DNA of 64,000 nt from a virus (lineage: Duplodnaviria > Caudoviricetes): IMG/VR virus record IMGVR_UViG_3300028832_000097, positions 106,978 to 170,977 of that record. One strand, written 5' to 3'. The first letter of the stretch is position 1. Each line of letters opens with the position of its first letter. Position numbers and translations under genes: made by a program. This document shows positions 46,484-55,582 of the stretch, piece by piece. The notes beneath the pieces are model-generated. The model saw only the letters and a program-made list of their open reading frames with translations, made no database searches and was not told the origin of the DNA.

Positions 46484-47040
46484 TTAAATTAAGAAAATTT
46501 GATTAGTATGGAAGCATACAAATTCAGACGCATTAGCTGCTCCAGATACATTACTGCGATACTTGCCTTGCTTGTAGGAAAATTTAACCCCATCATATCC
46601 TGCGTCTTTTACCGCACTGTGAATTCTTCTATAGGTGTTTCATCTTCTAGATATGCAAATGGGGCTAATCTCCCATTATATACGCGAGGGCTGATACCTA
46701 ATGTGAGTAATGTATATATTGAATCTGGGTTAGAATATATAAATGGATTGGTGATATTTAAGTATGCACGTTTCACGTTACTTCCATAACTTTGAGATAG
46801 CTTGAGAGAGTTGGAGAAATATATTCCTTTGCCAAACCATCCAATGTTGCCAGAATTCTGTGAAATAAACTCATCCTTGAATTCATTGAATTCGTTTGGT
46901 GTTCCGTGATAACATACAATAAGACGTCCATCTCGTGTGCGTATTTTAGAAGATTTTAGTGCAATCGCAATGTCAGAAGGTACAACGTTACCTTCATTAT
47001 CATATTCAATATGTGCAGATGAGTTAATGTATCTTTTCAT
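46484..47040 (-). pseudogene. ADP-ribosyltransferase-like (polyvalent-protein ART, H-Y-E type) with a 1-nt frameshift at ~46616
   Basis: YHGT...GWFGKGIYFS...YG...YLNITNP in one frame; AGYDGV...SEFVCFHTNQI continues in a shifted frame to TAA 46484. Confidence 0.75.
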
Positions 47041-47044
47041 ACGC

Positions 47045-47188
47045 TTACTTTTTCTTTGGTTCCTTCCACCCGCTAAGACGAATAGCTACCCCTTGCTTTT
47101 CAGCCTTCTGCTTAGCACCTTTACCGTAGTATACTTTACCAGTTTTACCCCATTGATATCCGCCACCAGGTGTTTTATGTACAGGCAT
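47045..47188 (-). CDS. 47-aa basic phage protein
   Basis: Not in track. MPVHKTPGGGYQWGKTGKVYYGKGAKQKAEKQGVAIRLSGWKEPKKK, GGAGG RBS. Confidence 0.7.
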   Translation of the reverse strand: MPVHKTPGGGYQWGKTGKVYYGKGAKQKAEKQGVAIRLSGWKEPKKK

Positions 47189-47192
47189 TGTG

Positions 47193-47762
47193 TTAATCCT
47201 CCAAATTAATATCTTCTAGTTTAGAATATGTTTCGGCAATTTTATCAAGTTTGCTCATCACAGCAAATTCTGCATGTGCATAGTCCTTAAAGTACTTTTG
47301 ATTAACTACAATACCTCTAGGAATAACTTTAACATATCCTGGATAGGTTTCACGGATTTCTTGTAACACCGATTGCTCGTGTTTCCATCGAGCTGATTCA
47401 GAATGTTTGGTCATGTTGTGCGTAGAAATTCGAAAATCTACTATTATTTTTCCTGCCAATTCTCCGTAGGCATTTCTAACCCCTATATAAAAATATAATG
47501 ACTGCGGTATATCTGTACCAGGAAAAACAGTTCCAGGTTTTTCTGCTAGTAGAATCAACGATTTATTAGAAGCAATAGTAGATTTCACCATACCAATGAA
47601 ATCTAACCAATCATTTAATGCTTGCTGATCGTCCTCAAAATCAGTTTGAATCAATTTAGAAGACTGTATAGTACCTGCAGATTCTACTAAGAAATCTATA
47701 GCTAACGTTTCTATAGTAGGCAGGTCTGCAATGAATCTAGGCATTCTAGTATATTGTCTCAT
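47193..47762 (-). CDS. Hypothetical protein
   Basis: ATG 47762 after GGAGG. Confidence 0.65.
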   Translation of the reverse strand: MRQYTRMPRFIADLPTIETLAIDFLVESAGTIQSSKLIQTDFEDDQQALNDWLDFIGMVKSTIASNKSLILLAEKPGTVFPGTDIPQSLYFYIGVRNAYGELAGKIIVDFRISTHNMTKHSESARWKHEQSVLQEIRETYPGYVKVIPRGIVVNQKYFKDYAHAEFAVMSKLDKIAETYSKLEDINLED

Positions 47763-47822
47763 TAATGTTACCTCCGTCATACACATATAAACGAATCAAA
47801 TATGTGAGATGACGTACATAAG

Positions 47823-48068
47823 TTAAATAGCACCATCAGATTCATAGAAATCTAACTCATCCAAAACAACTTCAGGTTCATTTTCAAACCTGTATTGAGC
47901 TTCTTCTAACAATTGTTCCTTGACACCCTCATCGTCGATGTGACCATAATGGTCTAGTATCCCATATGGATCAAATTCCCACATGAAATTTACAAGCTGT
48001 TCAAGAATGTCATCTGTAAGTACTTGAGTTCTGATTGCATCTCTCAGTTCTTCAATGTCGAATCCCAT
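47823..48068 (-). CDS. Hypothetical acidic protein
   Basis: ORF track. Confidence 0.6.
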   Translation of the reverse strand: MGFDIEELRDAIRTQVLTDDILEQLVNFMWEFDPYGILDHYGHIDDEGVKEQLLEEAQYRFENEPEVVLDELDFYESDGAI

Positions 48069-48072
48069 TATA

Positions 48073-48318
48073 TCACTCTCCTACATAATCACGCAGATAG
48101 TCTAATGCGCTGAGAATATCGTCCATCTCAGATTCAAGCTCTTCAATCTGCTCCTGTATCTTTTCAATTCTAGCTTCTTCAGCCTCAGTTAAATCTCTAT
48201 CATGGTCGCCGGCATTATCTTCAATCTGTGCTTCTTTTTCTTCCAAGATCTCAATCTTGTCATTTATAGTTTCGCAAATATCATCAAGTCTATCTACAAT
48301 TGCGTTAAGTTTTATCAT
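48073..48318 (-). CDS. Highly acidic coiled-coil protein
   Basis: D/E-rich heptad pattern. Confidence 0.65.
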   Translation of the reverse strand: MIKLNAIVDRLDDICETINDKIEILEEKEAQIEDNAGDHDRDLTEAEEARIEKIQEQIEELESEMDDILSALDYLRDYVGE

Positions 48319-48339
48319 GATTTAACCTCCCTTACACAT

Positions 48340-48615
48340 TTAAAGTACTAGGTAAGTGCTATCGTCTATTTCACGAGCCATTCTATTATGACACATACCC
48401 TCTAAGCATCCTAATAAATCATAGAAGTCATCAATACCAAGTTGTTTAGCTTCATAAATCAACCCTCCGGGTTTATCCTCAGGCCAATCAGCTCGTTTAC
48501 TTATTGTGTGTCCAGATAGATTATCAGAAACTAGCTGGCCGTATTTCTCAAATTCATCTTTTCCGAAGTACCATCCGTTTCTGAAAGTTAACCCTGCAGT
48601 AATTACTCGTTTCAT
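48340..48615 (-). CDS. Hypothetical protein with MKRVITAG leader
   Basis: ORF, GGAGG RBS. Confidence 0.7.
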   Translation of the reverse strand: MKRVITAGLTFRNGWYFGKDEFEKYGQLVSDNLSGHTISKRADWPEDKPGGLIYEAKQLGIDDFYDLLGCLEGMCHNRMAREIDDSTYLVL

Positions 48616-48644
48616 ATTGATTATCCTCCAAAATTAATAACGAT

Positions 48645-49049
48645 TCAGAATATAAAAATATATCCCTCAAATAGTTTATTCAATGTTTTTATTAGATTCT
48701 TCATAACCCAAGCTTGTGCGTATTCTAAGTCCTCTATCTTTTCAGGAGCAATTACAAAAAAGCCTAAAGTACGTTCATCTGGAGCTAATTCAACTAAGTT
48801 CATCCTAAGTTTATTCTGATACGTAGTTAAGTTAATGTCAATATCCATTTCTTGTATTTCAGATAACTTATCAGGATCACCAGGTCTAATTGATTTATAA
48901 GGTACCTGATATAATACAGTCATGTAGATATCACACATATTAGGACTTATTCTAAACTTATAAGCCCCATCAATATTTTTGTTTAAATACATACCGACTT
49001 TATTTACTAATAAACTTGCAGGAATATCTTTATAGTATGGTGTGCTCAT
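48645..49049 (-). CDS. Hypothetical protein
   Basis: ATG 49049 after AGGAG. Confidence 0.6.
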   Translation of the reverse strand: MSTPYYKDIPASLLVNKVGMYLNKNIDGAYKFRISPNMCDIYMTVLYQVPYKSIRPGDPDKLSEIQEMDIDINLTTYQNKLRMNLVELAPDERTLGFFVIAPEKIEDLEYAQAWVMKNLIKTLNKLFEGYIFIF

Positions 49050-49059
49050 ATTATGCTCC

Positions 49060-49770
49060 TTATGTAGGTGAATAAGGTGTTCCATCCATGTTGTAGACAG
49101 GGTTCTCAGCATCTTCAATACTGAACCAATATTTTTGTCCACCCTTTTGTCTAACTACATAGAATGGTCTAACTAAATGCCAACCTGTGTTCTGCATCTG
49201 CCAAACATACGGTGTTACAGAAGGAATATATGGATCAAGATTTTCTACAAATACTGGACGATCATTGTATGCCTGATTACATGTACAATATGATTGATTG
49301 AATAATAAGAAATGCACTTTTTCATTATTAGGGTTAGGTGCGTATATTGTTATGTTCTGCACTCGACAGTAGTATTCAGACCATGTTTTAGGTCCACCAG
49401 AAGATGTGCCCTTCTTCCAAAATAAATGAGTAGATCCCCATATTTTGCTGCTGTCCCATTGTGAGGGATCTGAAGGTAGTTCCCCAATGTAAAATGCCGC
49501 ATACATTTCAAAACCATAACTGAAATAGTGTGTACCTTGTGCAGGAAACTTATTGAGATATGCATCTTTTATGGTACATTGTACAGATAAATCTGGATTT
49601 CTTTTAAAATCTTCTAGACGTAAATACATACAGAATGCAGGATTACCATTGTAGTGACCAGAGCCTGCTACTTCATAAGGATAAGGTACTTGATAACCTT
49701 GTTCATATGCTCTAGAAGCGTTACCATGTATAACTATATGATTGCGTTCATATGTATCAAATTCTGCCAT
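49060..49770 (-). CDS. Putative virion/tail protein
   Basis: In the structural operon; aromatic, beta-rich. Confidence 0.5.
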   Translation of the reverse strand: MAEFDTYERNHIVIHGNASRAYEQGYQVPYPYEVAGSGHYNGNPAFCMYLRLEDFKRNPDLSVQCTIKDAYLNKFPAQGTHYFSYGFEMYAAFYIGELPSDPSQWDSSKIWGSTHLFWKKGTSSGGPKTWSEYYCRVQNITIYAPNPNNEKVHFLLFNQSYCTCNQAYNDRPVFVENLDPYIPSVTPYVWQMQNTGWHLVRPFYVVRQKGGQKYWFSIEDAENPVYNMDGTPYSPT

Positions 49771-49777
49771 ACTATCC

Positions 49778-51547
49778 TCAACTTTCTACAGGCTTATAAG
49801 AAACCCATTTTGCTACTCCGCCTTCCATAACACGTATCCAAATAGGTGCGAAATCCCACATTGCGGATGAATTTATATCTGATGTTATGTTAGTAAGTGT
49901 ACCTAAAGTATAATCATAAGGACCTGACCATCCTAGTAATGAATAGTTGCCTGGATTTCTAAATACACGACCTTGATATGTTTGTCCTACTACAGGAATT
50001 TCTGCAACAGGAACATCGCTGCCATTTACTACATTAACTTGTTTTAGAAAATCTTGACCTGCAGGTGAGTACCCATCGTAGAATTTAACTGTCCAAACTT
50101 TTGCTTGCCATACAGAATATACATGTAGCGGAGCATCTGTAGAGTATGTAAAGTTTACAGTTAAATCTGCAGTAGATGATCCAGAAGTTGTTGAAAACCC
50201 TAGTAAGTTGTAGCCTTCTCGGTTTAAATTGGTTGTTGTATATGGAGAAGAAAATGTTACTCCATGTGTTTTCCATTTAGTAACCGGACCAGAATCTGCT
50301 ATTATGTCTTTGGAAGCTAAATATGTTGTATCTGTAGATGGATAATTTAAGGAACAATCATTCCTATATGAACCACCATAAGACGTTCCTAGATTGAACG
50401 CTACATAAGCAGCATTATTTGGAGTAGTAACAACTGTGTTAGTGTTCTGTATAACATAGGATATAAAAGTATCAGAACTATTGTAATAACAGTATCTCAT
50501 ACTTAGTGTACCAAATCCGCAATGGAAGTAATAAGACGTATTAGGTTTCACAGGAAAATGATACTTACTGCGGATCTCATTGTTATCGTCAACTTTTCCG
50601 CCCGTATTGGTGTAAGCGCCTACTTCCCATTCTTCGTTCCAAATATTAACATGATCGGTGTAATATTCTAAATTTCCTATTACACCTACACTGGAAGTTA
50701 CTGTTAAAGTAGTAACACCTGTATCAAGTGTATATATTGGAACAGGGGTTAATGTGTAAGTGTCCCAAGGATCTTTAGGGGTTCCGTCAGATTCGTACGC
50801 GTCTACAAGCTGACCTGTATAGAAATTAATGCTACCACCATATATAGTTCTGCCAAAGGAAATAGTGTAAGTTTGAGAATTTGCACCATCACTTATAGTA
50901 ATAGTTGCTCCTGTATAGCCTGATACAGAATAATCCATATCGACAGTAGTATTCATAATGATATGATCTTCTACTGCGTCTGTTATAGTAAGCGAACTAG
51001 TACCAGTTACTGTGGCAGAAACATAATACGGAGGACCTTCTAAACTGTATCCACCGGCTAAATCAAATAGTATTCTGTACTGCCACCTTGCATATAATGC
51101 TATGTCCTGTGTAAGCACATAAGGTATAGAAATGGTGTCAGTGCTGTTCTGTGTGAAAGTCCAGAGATATTCAGGATCAATCCTGTAATCGTCTCGCGGT
51201 ACAATGTTACCAGAAGTATTAGATTCAATGGGTAAACTAGTTAACTTTGGTTGATTACCAAACCAGGAAGCATACAATATTATATCGTCATTAACTGTTA
51301 TCGGTGCAGAAATGTTATCACCGTCATCTGCATCTTGTGCAGTGTATGCCCACTCATCTGTGGTTACAGAAAATGTTTCAACGTGCGTAGAGGCTTCTTG
51401 ATAAAACGTGCCACCGTTAGCATTAAATGTAACATCTACTGCCCATGTAGCACTTACAGTAGATACATCAAAAGTTGAACCTGCTGCAACTGTTTGAGGA
51501 GCAGGTCCAGATGTTCCACCATTTACATTAAATGTTATTGTAGGCAT
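49778..51547 (-). CDS. Virion protein with InlB B-repeat (Listeria-Bacteroides repeat) domains
   Basis: TITFNVNGG, VTFNANGG, LYASW, LYARW, REGYNLLGFST repeats. Confidence 0.75.
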   Translation of the reverse strand: MPTITFNVNGGTSGPAPQTVAAGSTFDVSTVSATWAVDVTFNANGGTFYQEASTHVETFSVTTDEWAYTAQDADDGDNISAPITVNDDIILYASWFGNQPKLTSLPIESNTSGNIVPRDDYRIDPEYLWTFTQNSTDTISIPYVLTQDIALYARWQYRILFDLAGGYSLEGPPYYVSATVTGTSSLTITDAVEDHIIMNTTVDMDYSVSGYTGATITISDGANSQTYTISFGRTIYGGSINFYTGQLVDAYESDGTPKDPWDTYTLTPVPIYTLDTGVTTLTVTSSVGVIGNLEYYTDHVNIWNEEWEVGAYTNTGGKVDDNNEIRSKYHFPVKPNTSYYFHCGFGTLSMRYCYYNSSDTFISYVIQNTNTVVTTPNNAAYVAFNLGTSYGGSYRNDCSLNYPSTDTTYLASKDIIADSGPVTKWKTHGVTFSSPYTTTNLNREGYNLLGFSTTSGSSTADLTVNFTYSTDAPLHVYSVWQAKVWTVKFYDGYSPAGQDFLKQVNVVNGSDVPVAEIPVVGQTYQGRVFRNPGNYSLLGWSGPYDYTLGTLTNITSDINSSAMWDFAPIWIRVMEGGVAKWVSYKPVES

Positions 51548-51559
51548 TTAGTTACCTCA

Positions 51560-52795
51560 TTAAGATGATGCTAATCCCCAACCAATACCAATAGATCCAA
51601 TAGGAATATCAGTTCCCGTAGGTACTGTGGATGATATGTATAGACGTTTTTTGCTATTTTCAGGTCCAAATTCAATGTAAGGACAACCGTTCGGTGAAGA
51701 TGATTCCGCCTGCACAAGTGTAGCTTTTGTAGATTTGAGCCTTTCACCTAATAAATCAATAGATTGATCGTTTGCAAGTGCGGCAAGTAATGCTGACCAA
51801 GTTAAATTATCTCCTGCATTATCTGCAGTTAATGTAATAGATGAATTAGGATTCTGAGATATGGTCACCTGTGTGGGATTCGCTACAGTGGAATCCGGAT
51901 CAGCAATAGATAATGTCATAGTTGCTTGAGAAGAGTTAGATGTACTAATTGAATGTACCGCTACTTGCGCAACTTCATCACCTGCCCCAGAATCTGCAGG
52001 TGCTGTATATGTTATATCACTTACAGCAAGTGATGGTCTGCCCATCATAAAATCTACATAGCTTGTAGGTACGTTGAATAATACTTTACTTGCCCAAGGG
52101 AATGCTCCAGGACCTAAGAAGTCTCCATCTTCTGGATTAGGTGTATTTGTAGATCCTGCAATCAATGAAGATCCAATTATTGTGCTACGTACAGTAAGAC
52201 CTGTGAGCAGTATTTTTGGACCATTAGATATTGGACCCTTAACATGTAATCTCAATCTAGGTACTTCGTGTAAATTAGGTTCTAGGTCTTTTGCCGGAGG
52301 AGATAATTGCGGTTGCCACGTACCTGGTTGTATTATAATTCCATCTACAATTTTCATGTAGTCAGACAATTCTAACAATGTCTGTGACGAAGGCTCGCCT
52401 ATGGTCTGTGTAGGTACAGTTCCTTCTTTAGGTACAGTACCTGAAGGGCTTGATGTAGAATTGTTAGATATGAGTGTACCATAATCCGTAATTCGAGTTG
52501 CCCATGATCCGTCAAATTCTGCATCTCCATCAAAAAATGATGCCATGATATTATTTGCAGCAACTAGTTTACTATCTGCAGGAAAATAAATATCTACGTA
52601 TGTATGTGCAGTAGCTGCTTGAGATACATTAGGTACTTTAACTATCATAGAACTTCCCATAGCTATCGTAGACGATAACCACTGACGTTCTGAAGGTGGG
52701 ACTTCTGCAGGATACTCGCTTAAGAGCTGCTTTATATACAGTTCGTATGCACTATATCCTACAACACGTCCTTCATTCCATATTTCACCTGGCAT
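51560..52795 (-). CDS. Putative tail/baseplate protein
   Basis: GRVVGYSAYE N-terminus and LYISSTVP...GSIGIGW C-terminus; class-2 motif upstream. Confidence 0.55.
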   Translation of the reverse strand: MPGEIWNEGRVVGYSAYELYIKQLLSEYPAEVPPSERQWLSSTIAMGSSMIVKVPNVSQAATAHTYVDIYFPADSKLVAANNIMASFFDGDAEFDGSWATRITDYGTLISNNSTSSPSGTVPKEGTVPTQTIGEPSSQTLLELSDYMKIVDGIIIQPGTWQPQLSPPAKDLEPNLHEVPRLRLHVKGPISNGPKILLTGLTVRSTIIGSSLIAGSTNTPNPEDGDFLGPGAFPWASKVLFNVPTSYVDFMMGRPSLAVSDITYTAPADSGAGDEVAQVAVHSISTSNSSQATMTLSIADPDSTVANPTQVTISQNPNSSITLTADNAGDNLTWSALLAALANDQSIDLLGERLKSTKATLVQAESSSPNGCPYIEFGPENSKKRLYISSTVPTGTDIPIGSIGIGWGLASS

Positions 52796-52847
52796 ACTTG
52801 TTACTTCCTCCTGTGGTAATTACATCTTTAAAGAAGGTTGTAAATCA

Positions 52848-53642
52848 TTACTCGGCAGTACCTTTAAGTAAGAAATTCCATGTTTTCTGTCCACATACTC
52901 CATCAACAGAAAGTCCAGCAGCCTTCTGGAAGTTCTTAACTGCGTATTCAAGATTGTTTCCAAAATCTCCATCAACTTCAAGAACTCGTCCGTCTGCACC
53001 TGCATAACCAAGTTCTCTCAACAATCTCTGGATTGTTCTTACTAATATACCGCTATCGCCTTTTCTTACTACTTCTAATTCAATCATAAATGGCTCCTTT
53101 GGATGTGGTGTTGGCGTAACTCCGCCTAATCGTTTATTTACTTCTGCTGCAATCTGTCCTTCTCTCTCATAAATATAAGTACCAGGACAAGATTTATTAG
53201 CGTAATCTCTATGACAGGTCATATTACAACCATTCTTATGATTGACTCTGTCAGACTTTGAATTAGACCAAACGAGCTTCTTAATGCCGTTTCGCTTACA
53301 AATATCAGTCACAAGATCTATGAGTTTATTGTAAACTACACCTTTAATAGCATAAGGCTCCTTCATATCGGAAGCACACTCGATAGTAATGGCTCTGTTG
53401 TCATTTGCCGCATTTGATGAACACCATGACCTATCGCATTCTTCAACATACATTCCAACTTTGCCGTCATACCCGATGCCATAGTTAGAACTTGCTTTCT
53501 TTGTTTGGAAAATCTGCCCCAAAGACTGAACAGAAACCTGACCAACAACGCAATGGATTGTAATTGTGTCGATAGAATGATTCCTACCTTTTGTCTTATT
53601 TGGAGAAATTTTCGTGTAATTAACTAATGAACTGTTACTCAT
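52848..53642 (-). CDS. Endolysin: N-acetylmuramoyl-L-alanine amidase (Amidase_2) plus PG-binding domain
   Basis: ITIHC, ASSNYGI, AITIEC, HR...KSCPG; C-terminal GDSG..V..IQ..L...VDGDFG...AVKNFQ...VDG. Confidence 0.9.
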   Translation of the reverse strand: MSNSSLVNYTKISPNKTKGRNHSIDTITIHCVVGQVSVQSLGQIFQTKKASSNYGIGYDGKVGMYVEECDRSWCSSNAANDNRAITIECASDMKEPYAIKGVVYNKLIDLVTDICKRNGIKKLVWSNSKSDRVNHKNGCNMTCHRDYANKSCPGTYIYEREGQIAAEVNKRLGGVTPTPHPKEPFMIELEVVRKGDSGILVRTIQRLLRELGYAGADGRVLEVDGDFGNNLEYAVKNFQKAAGLSVDGVCGQKTWNFLLKGTAE

Positions 53643-53757
53643 CTTTCTTCTCCTCTTCTTCGTATGCATCATCAAACTCATCAAGTGATTCAATATCTTC
53701 ATCTTGATTGAGCTTCAATGCAATACCGTCAATGATTACGGTGCGATGCTCCTCCAT
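53635..53757 (-). CDS. 40-aa acidic peptide
   Basis: Not in track. MEEHRTVIIDGIALKLNQDEDIESLDEFDDAYEEEEKKDE; overlaps the endolysin start. Confidence 0.5.
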   Translation of the reverse strand: MEEHRTVIIDGIALKLNQDEDIESLDEFDDAYEEEEKKDE

Positions 53758-53763
53758 AAATGA

Positions 53764-55518
53764 TCACCTCCAATATACTTTAATTTGAAATTTATATCCT
53801 GTCGTAGTTGCTGAACCATTTTTTACTACTGACCAGTTCTTATCATAAGTTACTGCACTTGAAGATACCGTGTATGCAAGAGTAGCAAAATAGTTTGTCG
53901 AATACATATAGGAATCCAAATATCTTCTTGCAGTACTACCTAACCCAAGGGGAGATGTAGCAGTAATCTCATCATATGGAATAACACGAGTAAATGTCTG
54001 GTCTACTGTATTACTAAGCTGTAAATCTGTGATTACTAATATCTCTCGACACGCATTTAATGTTGCTGACGGTATTGCTACGGATTTATCTGTAGTATCA
54101 GAAAGTACTCCACTTACAGAATCTATAAGTGTCCATTTGTTTAAATCTTTTATTGCTTGCTCAAAAGCGGATTGTATTACTATGCTTCCATCAGCGGGGT
54201 TAGCGTTTACTAACGGTATTGTGTGTGATACATCTAAAGAATCAGTATATGCTAATCCAAGTAAAAGAGAAAATACTGCGCTAGAAAACGTACCTGAAGA
54301 ACCATTAACTGCACCACACGTAATTGCCCCAGAACCTAATGATAAAGAAGTGCCAGACAGTGATCCACTACTTGTTATTCCTTCAGCAGTTACACCACCT
54401 GTTACAATACTTCTTGCGTCAATATTTGTAACTGTTAATTTTTGTCCGGATGGATTATATTTAAAATTAGCAGATTTTTTACTGCCCTCTGTTCTAGTAG
54501 TATCATCAGCAGTGTTACTAAAAAGTACTCTAAAATCTGAAGAGGTACTATTATCAATTGTTTGTGCTACTTTCGTGTCAGTAAATACAGCCCCAGAAGG
54601 CACTGCGGTCTGAACTGTTAAGCCATTAACTGTATCAGCATCTGGAATAAAATCTCTTATGGCCCCATTAACATATCGCACCATAGGGTGAACAGGCTCA
54701 AAGAAGAAATAGTTAGCACCTGTAGTTTGGTTGCCCAATTTACCGAGTCTGATATATACTTTACCATCTGCTGTAGAAGGCAATGTGTCTGTTATCAAAT
54801 TGGCATCCACTGTTGCAGTATTGCCACTTATTGTGACTATCAGATATACTCCTTTATTGGCAGTCCCAGAAAAGCTAGATTTTACGTTTGTCAAATTTCG
54901 GTCATATGTCTGAATATACATATTAGCGTAATTTGAAGCACCTTGAGAAACTGCGGCTGTAGTCCACAATATTGGATAACTCAAATCAAAAGTTACTCCC
55001 GAAGCAATAACAGAGTAGCCATCGGCATCACCTACTATAATTTTTTCGGCAGTTAAAGCAGTTTTTGCTTTTACATTATTATAATAACGAACATACATAG
55101 CATTTTGGTCAGTGTTTGCTTGATAATAGTCTCCTATAGCAAGCCATCTATCCTCAGTAGTAGCCGTTCCGTCTACTGATATAGAACCAGCAGGGTGATA
55201 AATCATCACGATATTAGTTCCTTTAGCATAGTGCGTAGTTAATCTTGCCCCATAAGTAAAATAACAAGGCCTTGCGCCAGTAGTAGTTCCGTTACTTAAC
55301 GTAAGATTAAGGGTAGCATTTCCACTTCCTGCATAGGGCAGATAATATATTATAGTTAGCCCATCATATAAAGCAGGAATAGGGATACTGCCAGTCCAAC
55401 TTCCAGTAGTCGCAGTTTGAGTACCACGTACATAATAAACACCATTTCTAGCATTGCCGTTTATAGGGTTTAAAAATCTGCTATTACCTGTAACTAAAAG
55501 ACTATTTAACTGTGCCAT
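53764..55518 (-). CDS. Tail fibre-like protein
   Basis: MAQL N-cap, S/T/G-rich beta repeats, modules shared with 58933 and 62555. Confidence 0.7.
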   Translation of the reverse strand: MAQLNSLLVTGNSRFLNPINGNARNGVYYVRGTQTATTGSWTGSIPIPALYDGLTIIYYLPYAGSGNATLNLTLSNGTTTGARPCYFTYGARLTTHYAKGTNIVMIYHPAGSISVDGTATTEDRWLAIGDYYQANTDQNAMYVRYYNNVKAKTALTAEKIIVGDADGYSVIASGVTFDLSYPILWTTAAVSQGASNYANMYIQTYDRNLTNVKSSFSGTANKGVYLIVTISGNTATVDANLITDTLPSTADGKVYIRLGKLGNQTTGANYFFFEPVHPMVRYVNGAIRDFIPDADTVNGLTVQTAVPSGAVFTDTKVAQTIDNSTSSDFRVLFSNTADDTTRTEGSKKSANFKYNPSGQKLTVTNIDARSIVTGGVTAEGITSSGSLSGTSLSLGSGAITCGAVNGSSGTFSSAVFSLLLGLAYTDSLDVSHTIPLVNANPADGSIVIQSAFEQAIKDLNKWTLIDSVSGVLSDTTDKSVAIPSATLNACREILVITDLQLSNTVDQTFTRVIPYDEITATSPLGLGSTARRYLDSYMYSTNYFATLAYTVSSSAVTYDKNWSVVKNGSATTTGYKFQIKVYWR

Positions 55519-55582
55519 ACATTAACCTCATATATTACTGTGTATACTATTATATACATTACTATAATATATAAGGTGTGAA

